Source: a virus
Taxonomy: Duplodnaviria; Caudoviricetes
IMG/VR virus record: IMGVR_UViG_3300043409_000886
Span: 1-61,725 of that record
Strand: one strand, 5' to 3'
Length of the DNA: 61,725 nucleotides
The number at the start of each line of letters is the position of its first letter. The first letter of the stretch is position 1. Under the pieces are notes generated by a model. It ran no database searches. It worked only from the letters and a program-made list of their open reading frames with translations, and was not told the origin of the DNA. Made by a program: the position numbers and the translations under genes. Of this stretch, positions 1-7,436 are shown in pieces.

Positions 1-195
1 GCGGGGCCGCCGTATTGGCACGCATCTTGCTAGGCAAGCAAGTATTGTGCCAATCTGTTTGGCGCGCGTTGGCACGCATCTTGCTAGGCAAGCAAGTATT
101 GTGCCAATCTGTTTGGCGCGCGTTGGCACGCATCTTGCTAGGCAAGCAAAGACCGTGCCAAGGTGGCACCGCGGTGGGCCGGTGGGAAAGTGGGC
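1..195. repeat. Terminal overlap with 61585-61725 (circular contig); this copy has one extra 54-bp unit
   Basis: 61585-61725 (141 nt) equals 1-195 with one 54-bp unit removed. Confidence 0.9.
15..160. repeat. 54-bp tandem repeat (about 2.7 units), each with two convergent sigma54-type sites
   Basis: Unit starts at 15, 69, 123: TTGGCACGCATCTTGCTAGGCAAGCAAGTATTGTGCCAATCTGTTTGGCGCGCG. Confidence 0.95.
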
Positions 196-219
196 AGGCG
201 GGCTGGCACGGTTCTTGCT
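16..219. promoter_or_regulatory. Array of sigma54 (RpoN) -24/-12 consensus sites
   Basis: TGGCAC-N5-TTGCT at 16-31, 70-85, 124-139, 204-219 (+) and 37-52, 91-106, 145-160 (-). Confidence 0.75.
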
Positions 220-267
220 ATCTGTTACTACCCGGCGCGCCGGCAGTGTGCGGTAGGCGCACACAGG

Positions 268-297
268 CAATGTGACGTACAGCGTCACATTGTGACG
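268..297. promoter_or_regulatory. Overlapping palindromes, putative operator
   Basis: CAATGTGACG-N5-CGTCACATTG (268-292) overlapping CGTCACA-T-TGTGACG (283-297). Confidence 0.4.
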
Positions 298-369
298 TTA
301 TGCGCACGCGAGGCGACGCACCATTGTGGTGCGGCTGGCAATGTGCGAATCCACCCCATCGCCGCTCCC

Positions 370-426
370 AATGCTGCACCGCGGCGAAGTGTATACGAAA
401 AACCCATATAATACCAACCCACAACA
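370..426 (+). promoter_or_regulatory. Early promoter/leader repeat, copy 1
   Basis: GCGGCGAAGTGTATACGAAAAACCCATATAATACCAACCCACAACA with TATAAT at 407-412; identical 57 bp at 1521-1577. Confidence 0.8.
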
Positions 427-440
427 ACGGAGCAGACCAC

Positions 441-794
441 ATGAATATCGAATTGAACATCGGCCTTGACATCCCCGGCGCAACGAACACCCCGGCCAGC
501 CGCGACATGCTGGCCCTGCGCGCCACGGCCTACCTGAGCGCCGCCTTCGCGGGCGTGGCCGTGCGCCGCTACGAGTCGTCCTACGAGCAGGATGGCGCCA
601 CCGTGACCGAGGCCGGCATGGCGGTCCGCCTCACCGCCGAGCGCCCGGTCGACTGGATGATCGCGGGCCTGTCCGCCATCCTGTCGCAGGACTGCATCGG
701 CGTGCTCGACGCCGACACCGGCGCCGGCGCGCTGGTCGGCCCTAAGGCGGCGGAGTGGGGCGACTTCAACCCCGGATACTTCAACAGGTTTTAA
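441..794 (+). CDS. Putative SAM lyase (T3 SAMase-like) anti-restriction protein
   Basis: GGAG RBS, ATG at 441; YEQ..TE..M.VR...LSQDCIGV....GALV parallels T3 SAMase YRE..TEE..VRV...EQDCVLV....AGLV; first early gene. Confidence 0.5.
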   Translation: MNIELNIGLDIPGATNTPASRDMLALRATAYLSAAFAGVAVRRYESSYEQDGATVTEAGMAVRLTAERPVDWMIAGLSAILSQDCIGVLDADTGAGALVGPKAAEWGDFNPGYFNRF

Positions 795-806
795 GGCGGA
801 CAATTT

Positions 807-833
807 GGCAGGGCATCCCATGGGTGCCCTGCC
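807..833. terminator. Intergenic GC-rich hairpin
   Basis: GGCAGGGCA...TGCCCTGCC, no U-tract. Confidence 0.35.
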
Positions 834-864
834 GAGTCATTCCACCACAACAATGGAGCACCAC

Positions 865-1047
865 ATGTTTAAATACATCGCAATGTACAACGGCAAGCAA
901 ATTGAGGTTGCCGCCGACACGTCCTACCGCGCGCAAGTCGACGCCGTGGCGCAATTCAAAGCCCCGAAAAGCAAGGCGCACATGGTGCACGTGTACCGCG
1001 TCGTCGACGACATGGACCAGCACGTCCAGCACGTCATAACCAACTAA
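865..1047 (+). CDS. Hypothetical early protein
   Basis: GGAG RBS then ATG at 865; in-frame part of ORF 805..1047. Confidence 0.75.
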   Translation: MFKYIAMYNGKQIEVAADTSYRAQVDAVAQFKAPKSKAHMVHVYRVVDDMDQHVQHVITN

Positions 1048-1059
1048 ACGGAGCACCAC

Positions 1060-1521
1060 ATGTTTAAATTCCAACAGGCCGACCCCAACACCAATTGGAT
1101 GGACCGTAACACCTGCGTCCCCCGGGCGCTGGCCCTCGCCACCAAGACGGACTACGACACCGTTTTTCTGGCGTGCAAGGACGCCGGCAGGCCGTACCAG
1201 CGCGGCATGTACTATGAGCAGATCGACCGCGCACTGCAGACCCTGACCGGCGACCCGTGCACCAAACTGGTGCACGCCCCGGTGCAGGGCAAGTACGTCG
1301 AGGTCACCACGCGCCGCTCGCGCTACTACGGAGGCGCAGAGACCCGTTGGCAGAGTCTGACCCCGACCTTCGCGCAGTTCGCGGCCAGCAACCCAACCGG
1401 GCGCTTCATTGTCCTCCGCAAGGGCCACGCGGTGGCACTGATAAACGGCACGTTTTTGGACAGCGCCGCCCGCACCTGCGGCCCCCGGGCGCGCGTGACC
1501 GCGTGGTGCCGGGTGGCCTGA
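1060..1521 (+). CDS. Hypothetical early protein with possible Cys-His-Asp (papain-like) triad
   Basis: NTCVPRALA ... GHAVALING.FLDS; RBS GGAG. Confidence 0.6.
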   Translation: MFKFQQADPNTNWMDRNTCVPRALALATKTDYDTVFLACKDAGRPYQRGMYYEQIDRALQTLTGDPCTKLVHAPVQGKYVEVTTRRSRYYGGAETRWQSLTPTFAQFAASNPTGRFIVLRKGHAVALINGTFLDSAARTCGPRARVTAWCRVA

Positions 1522-1577
1522 ATGCTGCACCGCGGCGAAGTGTATACGAAAAACCCATATAATACCAACCCACAACA
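1521..1577 (+). promoter_or_regulatory. Early promoter/leader repeat, copy 2
   Basis: Identical to 370-426; starts at the stop codon of the upstream gene. Confidence 0.8.
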
Positions 1578-2128
1578 TGGAGCAAAAAATCATGCAGACC
1601 AAAACAGATAACGCGGCCGAGGTCGGCCAGCACGTGTTCGAGCGCAGCGGGTGCGGCGTCGGACCCTTCCGGGTGATAGGCGTGTTCTCGGACGTCGGCC
1701 CGCACAGGTACCCGCAGGCCAACGGGACCGTGATCGAGATCGGCTACCCGGGTCAGGCCATGGGCGTCTGCGCCCACTGCGGCACCGGCATCGCCGACTG
1801 CTACAAGATTCAGGACGCGAATGGCAAGACGTTCGTTGTCGGCAGCTCCTGCGTGTACAAGACGGGCGACGACGGCCTGATCCGGTCCTACAAGGCCAGC
1901 CGCGAGGTGCGCGCCTTTGCGGCGGCAAAGCGTGACCTGTTGGCGGCGAGGAAGGCCGACGAATTAACGGCCCTGATCGCGGCCAACCGCGACGCGCTGT
2001 CAAAAATGGCCTCGCCGAACAGCACCGCCAGCCTGCTGCAGTACCTCGAGCGAGTGATACCCATGTGCGGCGCCGCCGGCCGCGCGCGGTACCTGAAGCT
2101 CACCAAGTGCAGGCTCGCCGCCGGGTAG
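1577..2128 (+). CDS. Hypothetical protein with Zn-finger-like motifs (true start may be 1592)
   Basis: CAHCG ... VGSSCV. Confidence 0.7.
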   Translation: MEQKIMQTKTDNAAEVGQHVFERSGCGVGPFRVIGVFSDVGPHRYPQANGTVIEIGYPGQAMGVCAHCGTGIADCYKIQDANGKTFVVGSSCVYKTGDDGLIRSYKASREVRAFAAAKRDLLAARKADELTALIAANRDALSKMASPNSTASLLQYLERVIPMCGAAGRARYLKLTKCRLAAG

Positions 2129-2173
2129 CGGCGAAGTGTATACGAAAAACCCATATAATACCAACCCACAACA
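2128..2173 (+). promoter_or_regulatory. Early promoter/leader repeat, copy 3
   Basis: 46-bp identical core beginning at the TAG of the upstream gene. Confidence 0.8.
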
Positions 2174-2184
2174 TGGAGCACACA

Positions 2185-2382
2185 ATGGACCATTCCCCAG
2201 AAGTTAAACTCGAGCGCCTCCGGGCGCAGCTCGACATCCTGACCGCCAAGCGCGACAGCGTGGCACGCACCCACGGGGGCGGCACCCGCCTCCTGCTGGC
2301 CAACCTCGCGATGAACGACATCGAGTACGCCATCTGGCGCCTGCAGCGCGAGCAGCATATTTACTGGCTGCAGAGCGCGTGA
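2185..2382 (+). CDS. Hypothetical early protein
   Basis: GGAG RBS then ATG at 2185. Confidence 0.65.
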   Translation: MDHSPEVKLERLRAQLDILTAKRDSVARTHGGGTRLLLANLAMNDIEYAIWRLQREQHIYWLQSA

Positions 2383-2451
2383 GCCGGGAGGCCGCAGTAT
2401 TCTGGGCCTTCGTCGGCCTTTTCGTAATCGCCTATTTTTTTGGAGCATAAA

Positions 2452-2844
2452 ATGAAACACCTCACCGGACACACCTCCCCCGAGACGGCCTACATTGTCG
2501 CCGACTACCCGTACGGCTTCACCCTGCGCTGCCAGAAGCGTTACTGGATCGAGACCAAGCCCGGGCACGGGCAGCGCCTCGTGACACAAACCAGCAACCC
2601 GAAAAAGCCGGGCGTGGTCTGGAACAAGCCCAAGGCCGACACTTACTGGATGATCCTCGTGCTTGTGCAGGAGGACGACACCGGGTACATCAGCACCCGC
2701 GGCCTGCACACCTACGGCTGGGAGGAGAGCCTCCCCGCCTTTGACCGGGACTTCCCCGACCTGAGCGAGTACCAGACCGCACTGATCGGCAAAATGAAAA
2801 GCTACATATCCGTCCGCGACACCCGCAAGGCCGCCGCAGCGTAG
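2452..2844 (+). CDS. Hypothetical early protein
   Basis: GGAG RBS; DYPYGF.LRC..RYWIET...WNKPK..TY motif. Confidence 0.75.
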   Translation: MKHLTGHTSPETAYIVADYPYGFTLRCQKRYWIETKPGHGQRLVTQTSNPKKPGVVWNKPKADTYWMILVLVQEDDTGYISTRGLHTYGWEESLPAFDRDFPDLSEYQTALIGKMKSYISVRDTRKAAAA

Positions 2845-2889
2845 CGGCGAAGTACCCACAAAAAACCCATATAATACCCACCCACCACA
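2844..2889 (+). promoter_or_regulatory. Early promoter/leader repeat, copy 4 (diverged)
   Basis: GCGGCGAAGTACCCACAAAAAACCCATATAATACCCACCCACCACA; GGCG, TATAAT and spacing kept. Confidence 0.75.
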
Positions 2890-2900
2890 TGGAGCACACA

Positions 2901-3122
2901 ATGACACGAGCAGAATTCATCGAGCACTGGCTGTCCAACGAGGACGGCCGCAACGGGCTGGACTACCTCGAGGAGTCGATCGGGGAGCACGCCTCGCAGT
3001 ACGCGAGCGAGTGCGGCCTGTACGGCGACGCTGGGCCCGGGCAGGGCCTGCGCCTGCGCGAGATGCGCGCCACACTGGCGGGCGTCAAGCGCCAACTGCG
3101 CCGGCTGGGCGCCATCACCTGA
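2901..3122 (+). CDS. Hypothetical early protein
   Basis: RBS GGAG, ATG at 2901. Confidence 0.65.
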   Translation: MTRAEFIEHWLSNEDGRNGLDYLEESIGEHASQYASECGLYGDAGPGQGLRLREMRATLAGVKRQLRRLGAIT

Positions 3123-3206
3123 AGACGCAAAGCGTGGCGCCCCCGGGCGTCACCACTGTGCGCCGTCGGCTCACAACCGCAACACCACACCACTACGGAG
3201 AACATC

Positions 3207-3416
3207 ATGGCATTTGTCACAACCACACCCAGCACGTTAAACATTTCGGCGACCCTCCGCCTCTCGCGCGGGGAGGCACTGATCCTGATCGGCCACCTTG
3301 CGTCCGCCATCACGGCGGTGGAGTACTACAACTCGGACTACAACCTGCCGAGCTATGGCGACATCACGCCGGAGGCCGGGAGGCAGGTCGTCGCCATCAC
3401 CGTCACCGTCGCCTAA
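3207..3416 (+). CDS. Hypothetical protein
   Basis: Preceded by CA-rich leader repeat CTACGGAGAACATCATG. Confidence 0.65.
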   Translation: MAFVTTTPSTLNISATLRLSRGEALILIGHLASAITAVEYYNSDYNLPSYGDITPEAGRQVVAITVTVA

Positions 3417-3452
3417 GTAGACAACCCGCAACACCACACTACGGAGAACACC

Positions 3453-3728
3453 ATGCAAAACAAAACGTCATTCCAGCAGCCCTCACCTAACGCCGACGGC
3501 CTGTACGGCGTCCAGACGTGGAGCGCCGGCCCGATCTTCCCAGCCATTATCTACGTGCGTGAGCTCTACAGCGCCAACGCCCAGCCGCTGTTCCGCGAGT
3601 ACAAAATGACCCTCGACGGCGTAACAGACACCTACGCAACGCGCGAGGACGCCGAGCAGGCCGCGAGCTTCCTGCTCAACCACCCCACAAGCCGGGAGGC
3701 GCGCCGCGCCGAGGGCGCCGAGGCATGA
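3453..3728 (+). CDS. Hypothetical protein
   Basis: Preceded by CTACGGAGAACACCATG. Confidence 0.7.
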   Translation: MQNKTSFQQPSPNADGLYGVQTWSAGPIFPAIIYVRELYSANAQPLFREYKMTLDGVTDTYATREDAEQAASFLLNHPTSREARRAEGAEA

Positions 3729-4027
3729 GCCCCGGGTACAGCGCCACCCGGATGAACATGGACGCCGGGGTCACCCCGGCGCAGGGTCGGGTGGTGTTCC
3801 ACATTGAGCGCCTGTTCCGCAGCACCGGGGGCGGCGTCAAGGCGCACGGCACCTTCCTCGCCGCCTGCCGCGTCAAAGGCATCCCCTCCGCGGTGTCGGG
3901 CTACACCCCGACCCGTTGCGTGGAGGTCCTGCAACTGGTAGAATCCGCGTGCCGCCACCACGGCATGCACCTGTTCCGCGACGTCGGCACCGGCTGGCGT
4001 CAAATTAACTTGGAGGTATCAAAATGA
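3725..4027 (+). CDS. Hypothetical protein
   Basis: ATGA overlaps at both ends. Confidence 0.6.
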   Translation: MSPGYSATRMNMDAGVTPAQGRVVFHIERLFRSTGGGVKAHGTFLAACRVKGIPSAVSGYTPTRCVEVLQLVESACRHHGMHLFRDVGTGWRQINLEVSK

Positions 4028-4251
4028 ATTTGACCTATGCAGAAATACAGGCACTGCTGGCGCTGGTAGAGGCAATAGAAGAAATGTTCGCAGCGCCGCA
4101 ACACGATCGCGAAAACGGTGCCGCGTGGCTTAATGAAATTGCTGCCGCAAAATGGGAAAAAGAAAACTCATCACTACTTGCTGCTATGTATGTGCTAAGC
4201 GAGAAAACGGACGCGGTAACAGAGATGTTTAAACTGGAGGTATCAAAATGA
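4024..4251 (+). CDS. Hypothetical protein, AT-rich insert
   Basis: GGAGG RBS; flanked by 18-bp direct repeats. Confidence 0.7.
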   Translation: MNLTYAEIQALLALVEAIEEMFAAPQHDRENGAAWLNEIAAAKWEKENSSLLAAMYVLSEKTDAVTEMFKLEVSK

Positions 4252-4469
4252 ACCTGTTCAAAAAACAACCCGCCAAACCCGCCAACGAGTACCGCCCCGC
4301 CGAGGCCGTCCGCCTCGCCGGGGACCATTGGAGCACCGACCCGGCCGTGCGGGGTGTCAGCGCGGCGACGAGCATCGCCCTGCGCGACACGCCCCGCGAC
4401 GCGTCGGAGGCCTCAATCATGGGCCTGCTGGAGCGGGGAGTGATCCCCCGCGTCAGGGAGTACGTATGA
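4248..4469 (+). CDS. Hypothetical protein
   Basis: GGAGG RBS, ATGA overlap. Confidence 0.65.
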   Translation: MNLFKKQPAKPANEYRPAEAVRLAGDHWSTDPAVRGVSAATSIALRDTPRDASEASIMGLLERGVIPRVREYV

Positions 4470-4645
4470 ACAACATCGACCTGCAGGACTACCTGCCGTG
4501 GGTCGTCTGCGCCACCGTCTGGCTGGCCCTCGTGCCGGTCAGGCTGGTGATCCTGATGCTGCTCCCGGCCAACTCGGGGTACGCGTGGCACCCCTGCAAC
4601 AACCTCTGGCGCCGTGTGAAGTTTGATGGATACCACTGGTCATGA
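4466..4645 (+). CDS. Small membrane protein
   Basis: ATGA overlap; hydrophobic stretch LPWVVCATVWLALVPVRLVILMLL. Confidence 0.55.
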   Translation: MNNIDLQDYLPWVVCATVWLALVPVRLVILMLLPANSGYAWHPCNNLWRRVKFDGYHWS

Positions 4646-4809
4646 GCCGCACCACGCGGTACGGCATCTTGGACGACGCCGGGGAGGTGGTGCGCTGGGT
4701 AGACACCGAGCCCAACGGGCTGGAGTACATCTACTTGGCGCAGCGCGTCCCCCGGCAACCCAAGCGCCCCACGATCGACTGGCTTGCGTTTGAGCCAGCA
4801 CTGCTTTAG
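4642..4809 (+). CDS. Hypothetical protein (55 aa, not in ORF track)
   Basis: ATGA overlap; MSRTTRYGILDDAGEVVRWV...FEPALL*. Confidence 0.6.
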   Translation: MSRTTRYGILDDAGEVVRWVDTEPNGLEYIYLAQRVPRQPKRPTIDWLAFEPALL

Positions 4810-4845
4810 AATATCCACACCAACCACACCACTACGGAGAACACC

Positions 4846-5052
4846 ATGCACCCCGACACAATGCAACTGATCGACAACACCGAGGCCGACTGGAGCCACC
4901 ACGAGTTTTACGTGGACGGCAATGGGCAGTCACACCTCAAGCACCTGCGCTACGGGGACGACTACACCCTCGAGGAGGGCGACCTGCTCGACGCCGTCGA
5001 GGCCGTCCTGCGGGGCGACATCCTCGACTTCGGGGGTGACGATCGTGCTTAA
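4846..5052 (+). CDS. Hypothetical acidic protein
   Basis: Preceded by CTACGGAGAACACCATG. Confidence 0.7.
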   Translation: MHPDTMQLIDNTEADWSHHEFYVDGNGQSHLKHLRYGDDYTLEEGDLLDAVEAVLRGDILDFGGDDRA

Positions 5053-5236
5053 CTTTATTGGCTGGGCTTTGTTGTTGTGGTGCCTCTGGACCATCGAGCG
5101 GGTCGGCGTGAACGCCACGAGCCTCTGGCTGTCCGTTCTGGCCGTCGGCCTCCTGCTGCTCTCCTTTGCGGTCAGGGTGGGCACCAGTGCCTTGCTCTGG
5201 CGCCAGATCGGACGGGTGATAAACCGTGGCCGGTGA
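5045..5236 (+). CDS. Small membrane protein
   Basis: GTG start; two hydrophobic segments. Confidence 0.5.
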   Translation: MLNFIGWALLLWCLWTIERVGVNATSLWLSVLAVGLLLLSFAVRVGTSALLWRQIGRVINRGR

Positions 5237-5798
5237 GCGCACGGCGCTGGGTGACTACCTGCGCACCCTGCACAAGGTGCCCGTCCTCAAGCGCGAGGAG
5301 GAGGCGGAGCTTGGGCGCCGCGCGCAGCTTGGGTGCAAGCCAGCCCTTGACCTGCTGGTCACGCACAACCTGCGCTTCGTGGTCAGCACCGTCAAGGGCA
5401 TGCGGGACTGGGTCAACGTCAGCCTGCCCTACGACGACCTGATCGCCGCCGGCAACGAGGCCATGCTGGAGGCCGCCCGGTCGTGGGTCCCGACCCCCCG
5501 GGCGCGCTTCATCGCCTACGCCAAGCCCTTCATTTTGAGGGGCGTGGTGCGCGCGTGCGACAACGAGGGGAACACCATACGCCTCCCGGTGAATGTGTGC
5601 GAAGAGGTAAGGCTGATGAAGTACCACGAGAACGCCTTGGCGCAGGCCAACGGCGCGGAGCCCACGCAGGCACAGACCGCCGCGGCCATGGGCTCGACAG
5701 CCAAGCGTGTGGGGCAGCTGCGCGGGTTCATCATGCGCGAGCCCAGCAGCATCGAGCTACACCACGAGTCATCCAACGAGGAGCAGGAACATGAGTGA
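5226..5798 (+). CDS. Sigma70-family factor, regions 1.2-2-3 only (no region 4)
   Basis: YLRTLHKVPVLKREEEAELG (1.2), LVTHNLRFVVS (2.1), DDLIAAGNEAML (2.2), RFIAYAK (2.3), TIRLPVN and EPTQAQTAAAMG (3); ends at PSSIE plus an acidic tail. Confidence 0.9.
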   Translation: MAGERTALGDYLRTLHKVPVLKREEEAELGRRAQLGCKPALDLLVTHNLRFVVSTVKGMRDWVNVSLPYDDLIAAGNEAMLEAARSWVPTPRARFIAYAKPFILRGVVRACDNEGNTIRLPVNVCEEVRLMKYHENALAQANGAEPTQAQTAAAMGSTAKRVGQLRGFIMREPSSIELHHESSNEEQEHE

Positions 5799-6198
5799 CA
5801 GCAACAGCAACTACCTGAAGACACCCCCCAACTGGCGCTTTGACGTCGAGGCGGGGCACTACACCGACGAGGCCGAGAGGCTCGCGGGCAACCTATCTGA
5901 GAGTGTGGCGGCGCGCATGAAGGCACTTAACGCTAAGGGCTGGGCTGACGCCTGCGCGGCCACACCAACGGTCGACAACGAGGTGGTGAGGCCGGCGCAC
6001 TACACCCGCGGGGCGGTGGAGTGCATCGACGCCATCGAGGCTGCGCTTACCCCCGAGGAGTACCGTGGCTACCTGAAGGGCAACGTGCTGAAATACTTCT
6101 GGCGCGAGCGCGACAAGGGCGGGCTGCAGTCGATCCAGAAGGCGGAGTACTACACGCAGCGTCTAATCAAATTACTGGGGGAGAAACAAGATGAATAG
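5791..6198 (+). CDS. DUF3310 (T7 gp1.7-like nucleotide kinase family) protein
   Basis: VVRPAHYTRGAVECIDAI...GYLKGNVLKYFWRERDKGG. Confidence 0.8.
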   Translation: MSDSNSNYLKTPPNWRFDVEAGHYTDEAERLAGNLSESVAARMKALNAKGWADACAATPTVDNEVVRPAHYTRGAVECIDAIEAALTPEEYRGYLKGNVLKYFWRERDKGGLQSIQKAEYYTQRLIKLLGEKQDE

Positions 6199-6394
6199 CG
6201 CAGACAGTGGAGCCCTTGTGCCGGTCGTGCTCGTCGTGATGCCGTTACTGGCGGTTACTTTTGCAATTCTTTGCGCGGTGTCGTTCGGCATCAAATCCGC
6301 ATCATCCGACTGGCGCAATGCCTGCGAGAAGCACGGCATGGTTATCTCTGACGGGAAGGTCTACGAGTGCAAGGTTAGGGAGGAAAAGAAATGA
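6191..6394 (+). CDS. Small membrane protein
   Basis: N-terminal hydrophobic helix; overlapping starts and stops. Confidence 0.6.
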   Translation: MNSADSGALVPVVLVVMPLLAVTFAILCAVSFGIKSASSDWRNACEKHGMVISDGKVYECKVREEKK

Positions 6395-6798
6395 ACAACC
6401 AAAGTGAAAAGCCAATTGAAGAATTGCTGCGTGGCATCCCGCAAGATCATCGAATCTGTATCCCATTTCAGTGGGCAGAGGATGGAAGGGAAACAGGACA
6501 TCACTACATGCCTGTAGGGCGGCACGTTCATCAAGCAGCCGACAAAATTACCGCCTTGCGGGAGAAGTTAAAGGAGTGCCACGAGAACGGACAACGATTA
6601 CTTGCCGTTGCAGACTCGTACAAAGAAGTGAACGCCGCCCTGCGGTTAGATGCAGAGCGGTATCGGTGGTTGCGGGAAAAGATTGAAAACCAAAATTTAA
6701 CAATCGCCGTTGCCGATTCTTGGAGTTTGCGAAGTTGGTCGGGCGACAATTCTGACGCATCCATTGACGCAGCTATGAAGGAGGAGGAAAGGAAATGA
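6391..6798 (+). CDS. Hypothetical protein with DAERYRWLR motif (Ead/Ea22-like)
   Basis: DAERYRWLR...DASIDAAM. Confidence 0.7.
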   Translation: MNNQSEKPIEELLRGIPQDHRICIPFQWAEDGRETGHHYMPVGRHVHQAADKITALREKLKECHENGQRLLAVADSYKEVNAALRLDAERYRWLREKIENQNLTIAVADSWSLRSWSGDNSDASIDAAMKEEERK

Positions 6799-6956
6799 CG
6801 CCGAGGCGACGGGTATTGGCGGTCTACAAACAGGCAGAAGTCCACGAGTGGGACAACCACTGGCACATATATTTTGATGGGTACTGTATGGGCAGCGGAA
6901 AGACAGTTGCACTCGCGTGGTCAAACGCAGTTAAACGATTGGAGGCGGTGAAATGA
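6795..6956 (+). CDS. Hypothetical protein (53 aa, not in ORF track)
   Basis: Fills the gap with ATGA overlaps at both ends. Confidence 0.55.
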   Translation: MTPRRRVLAVYKQAEVHEWDNHWHIYFDGYCMGSGKTVALAWSNAVKRLEAVK

Positions 6957-7171
6957 GTGAGTACGCAGACGGGTTTGACGATGGCAAAGGTGAAAAGTTT
7001 GACGAACTGATGCTGGAAATCGTCACCCTGCGGGAGCAGTTGGCTGCCTCTAGGCAAGCGGCAGAGATACATAAACTTCAAGCAGAAAAAAACCATGAAC
7101 TTGCCACAAAATATTACGACTTTTACACCAAAGCCGTGAAAGACCAACTCAAGGAGAAAAATAATGGCTAG
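6953..7171 (+). CDS. Hypothetical coiled-coil protein
   Basis: GGAGG RBS, ATGA overlap. Confidence 0.65.
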   Translation: MSEYADGFDDGKGEKFDELMLEIVTLREQLAASRQAAEIHKLQAEKNHELATKYYDFYTKAVKDQLKEKNNG

Positions 7172-7436
7172 ACACAAACACGCAGACGAGATTTGTGCTT
7201 GGGCAAACGGGGTAGAAATACAGGTTCTTAACGGTGGTAAATGGTTTGATATTTACTACCCATCATGGGAAGCGGACGCCAAGTACCGCATCAAGCCACA
7301 ACCTAAACCAGACTACGAAATTGATAGCGTTATAACCCGCCACGGTGTTACCAGCTCTTGTTCTGGCGAGGCAAACCTCCGCTGTGTCTTTGACGGTGAA
7401 ACGGGCGCACTTAAATCTGCGGAGGTATTGAAATGA
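7164..7436 (+). CDS. Hypothetical protein, paralog A
   Basis: RHKHAD..WA.G.EIQ...YRIKPQPKPD...FDGET..LKSAEV shared with the next gene. Confidence 0.75.
   Translation: MARHKHADEICAWANGVEIQVLNGGKWFDIYYPSWEADAKYRIKPQPKPDYEIDSVITRHGVTSSCSGEANLRCVFDGETGALKSAEVLK

Noticed and set aside
15-160. 54-bp tandem repeat as a CRISPR array or coding repeat (ORFs 15..275, 47..256)
   Set aside because: Units are contiguous with no unique spacers, no cas operon is present, and the ORFs lack an RBS and merely translate the repeat.
272-297. matS or CRP site
   Set aside because: Half-site spacing does not match either consensus.
370-2889. 46-57 bp repeats as CRISPR repeats or attC sites
   Set aside because: Intervals are gene-sized and unequal, the repeats are not palindromic and contain TATAAT, and no integron integrase was seen.
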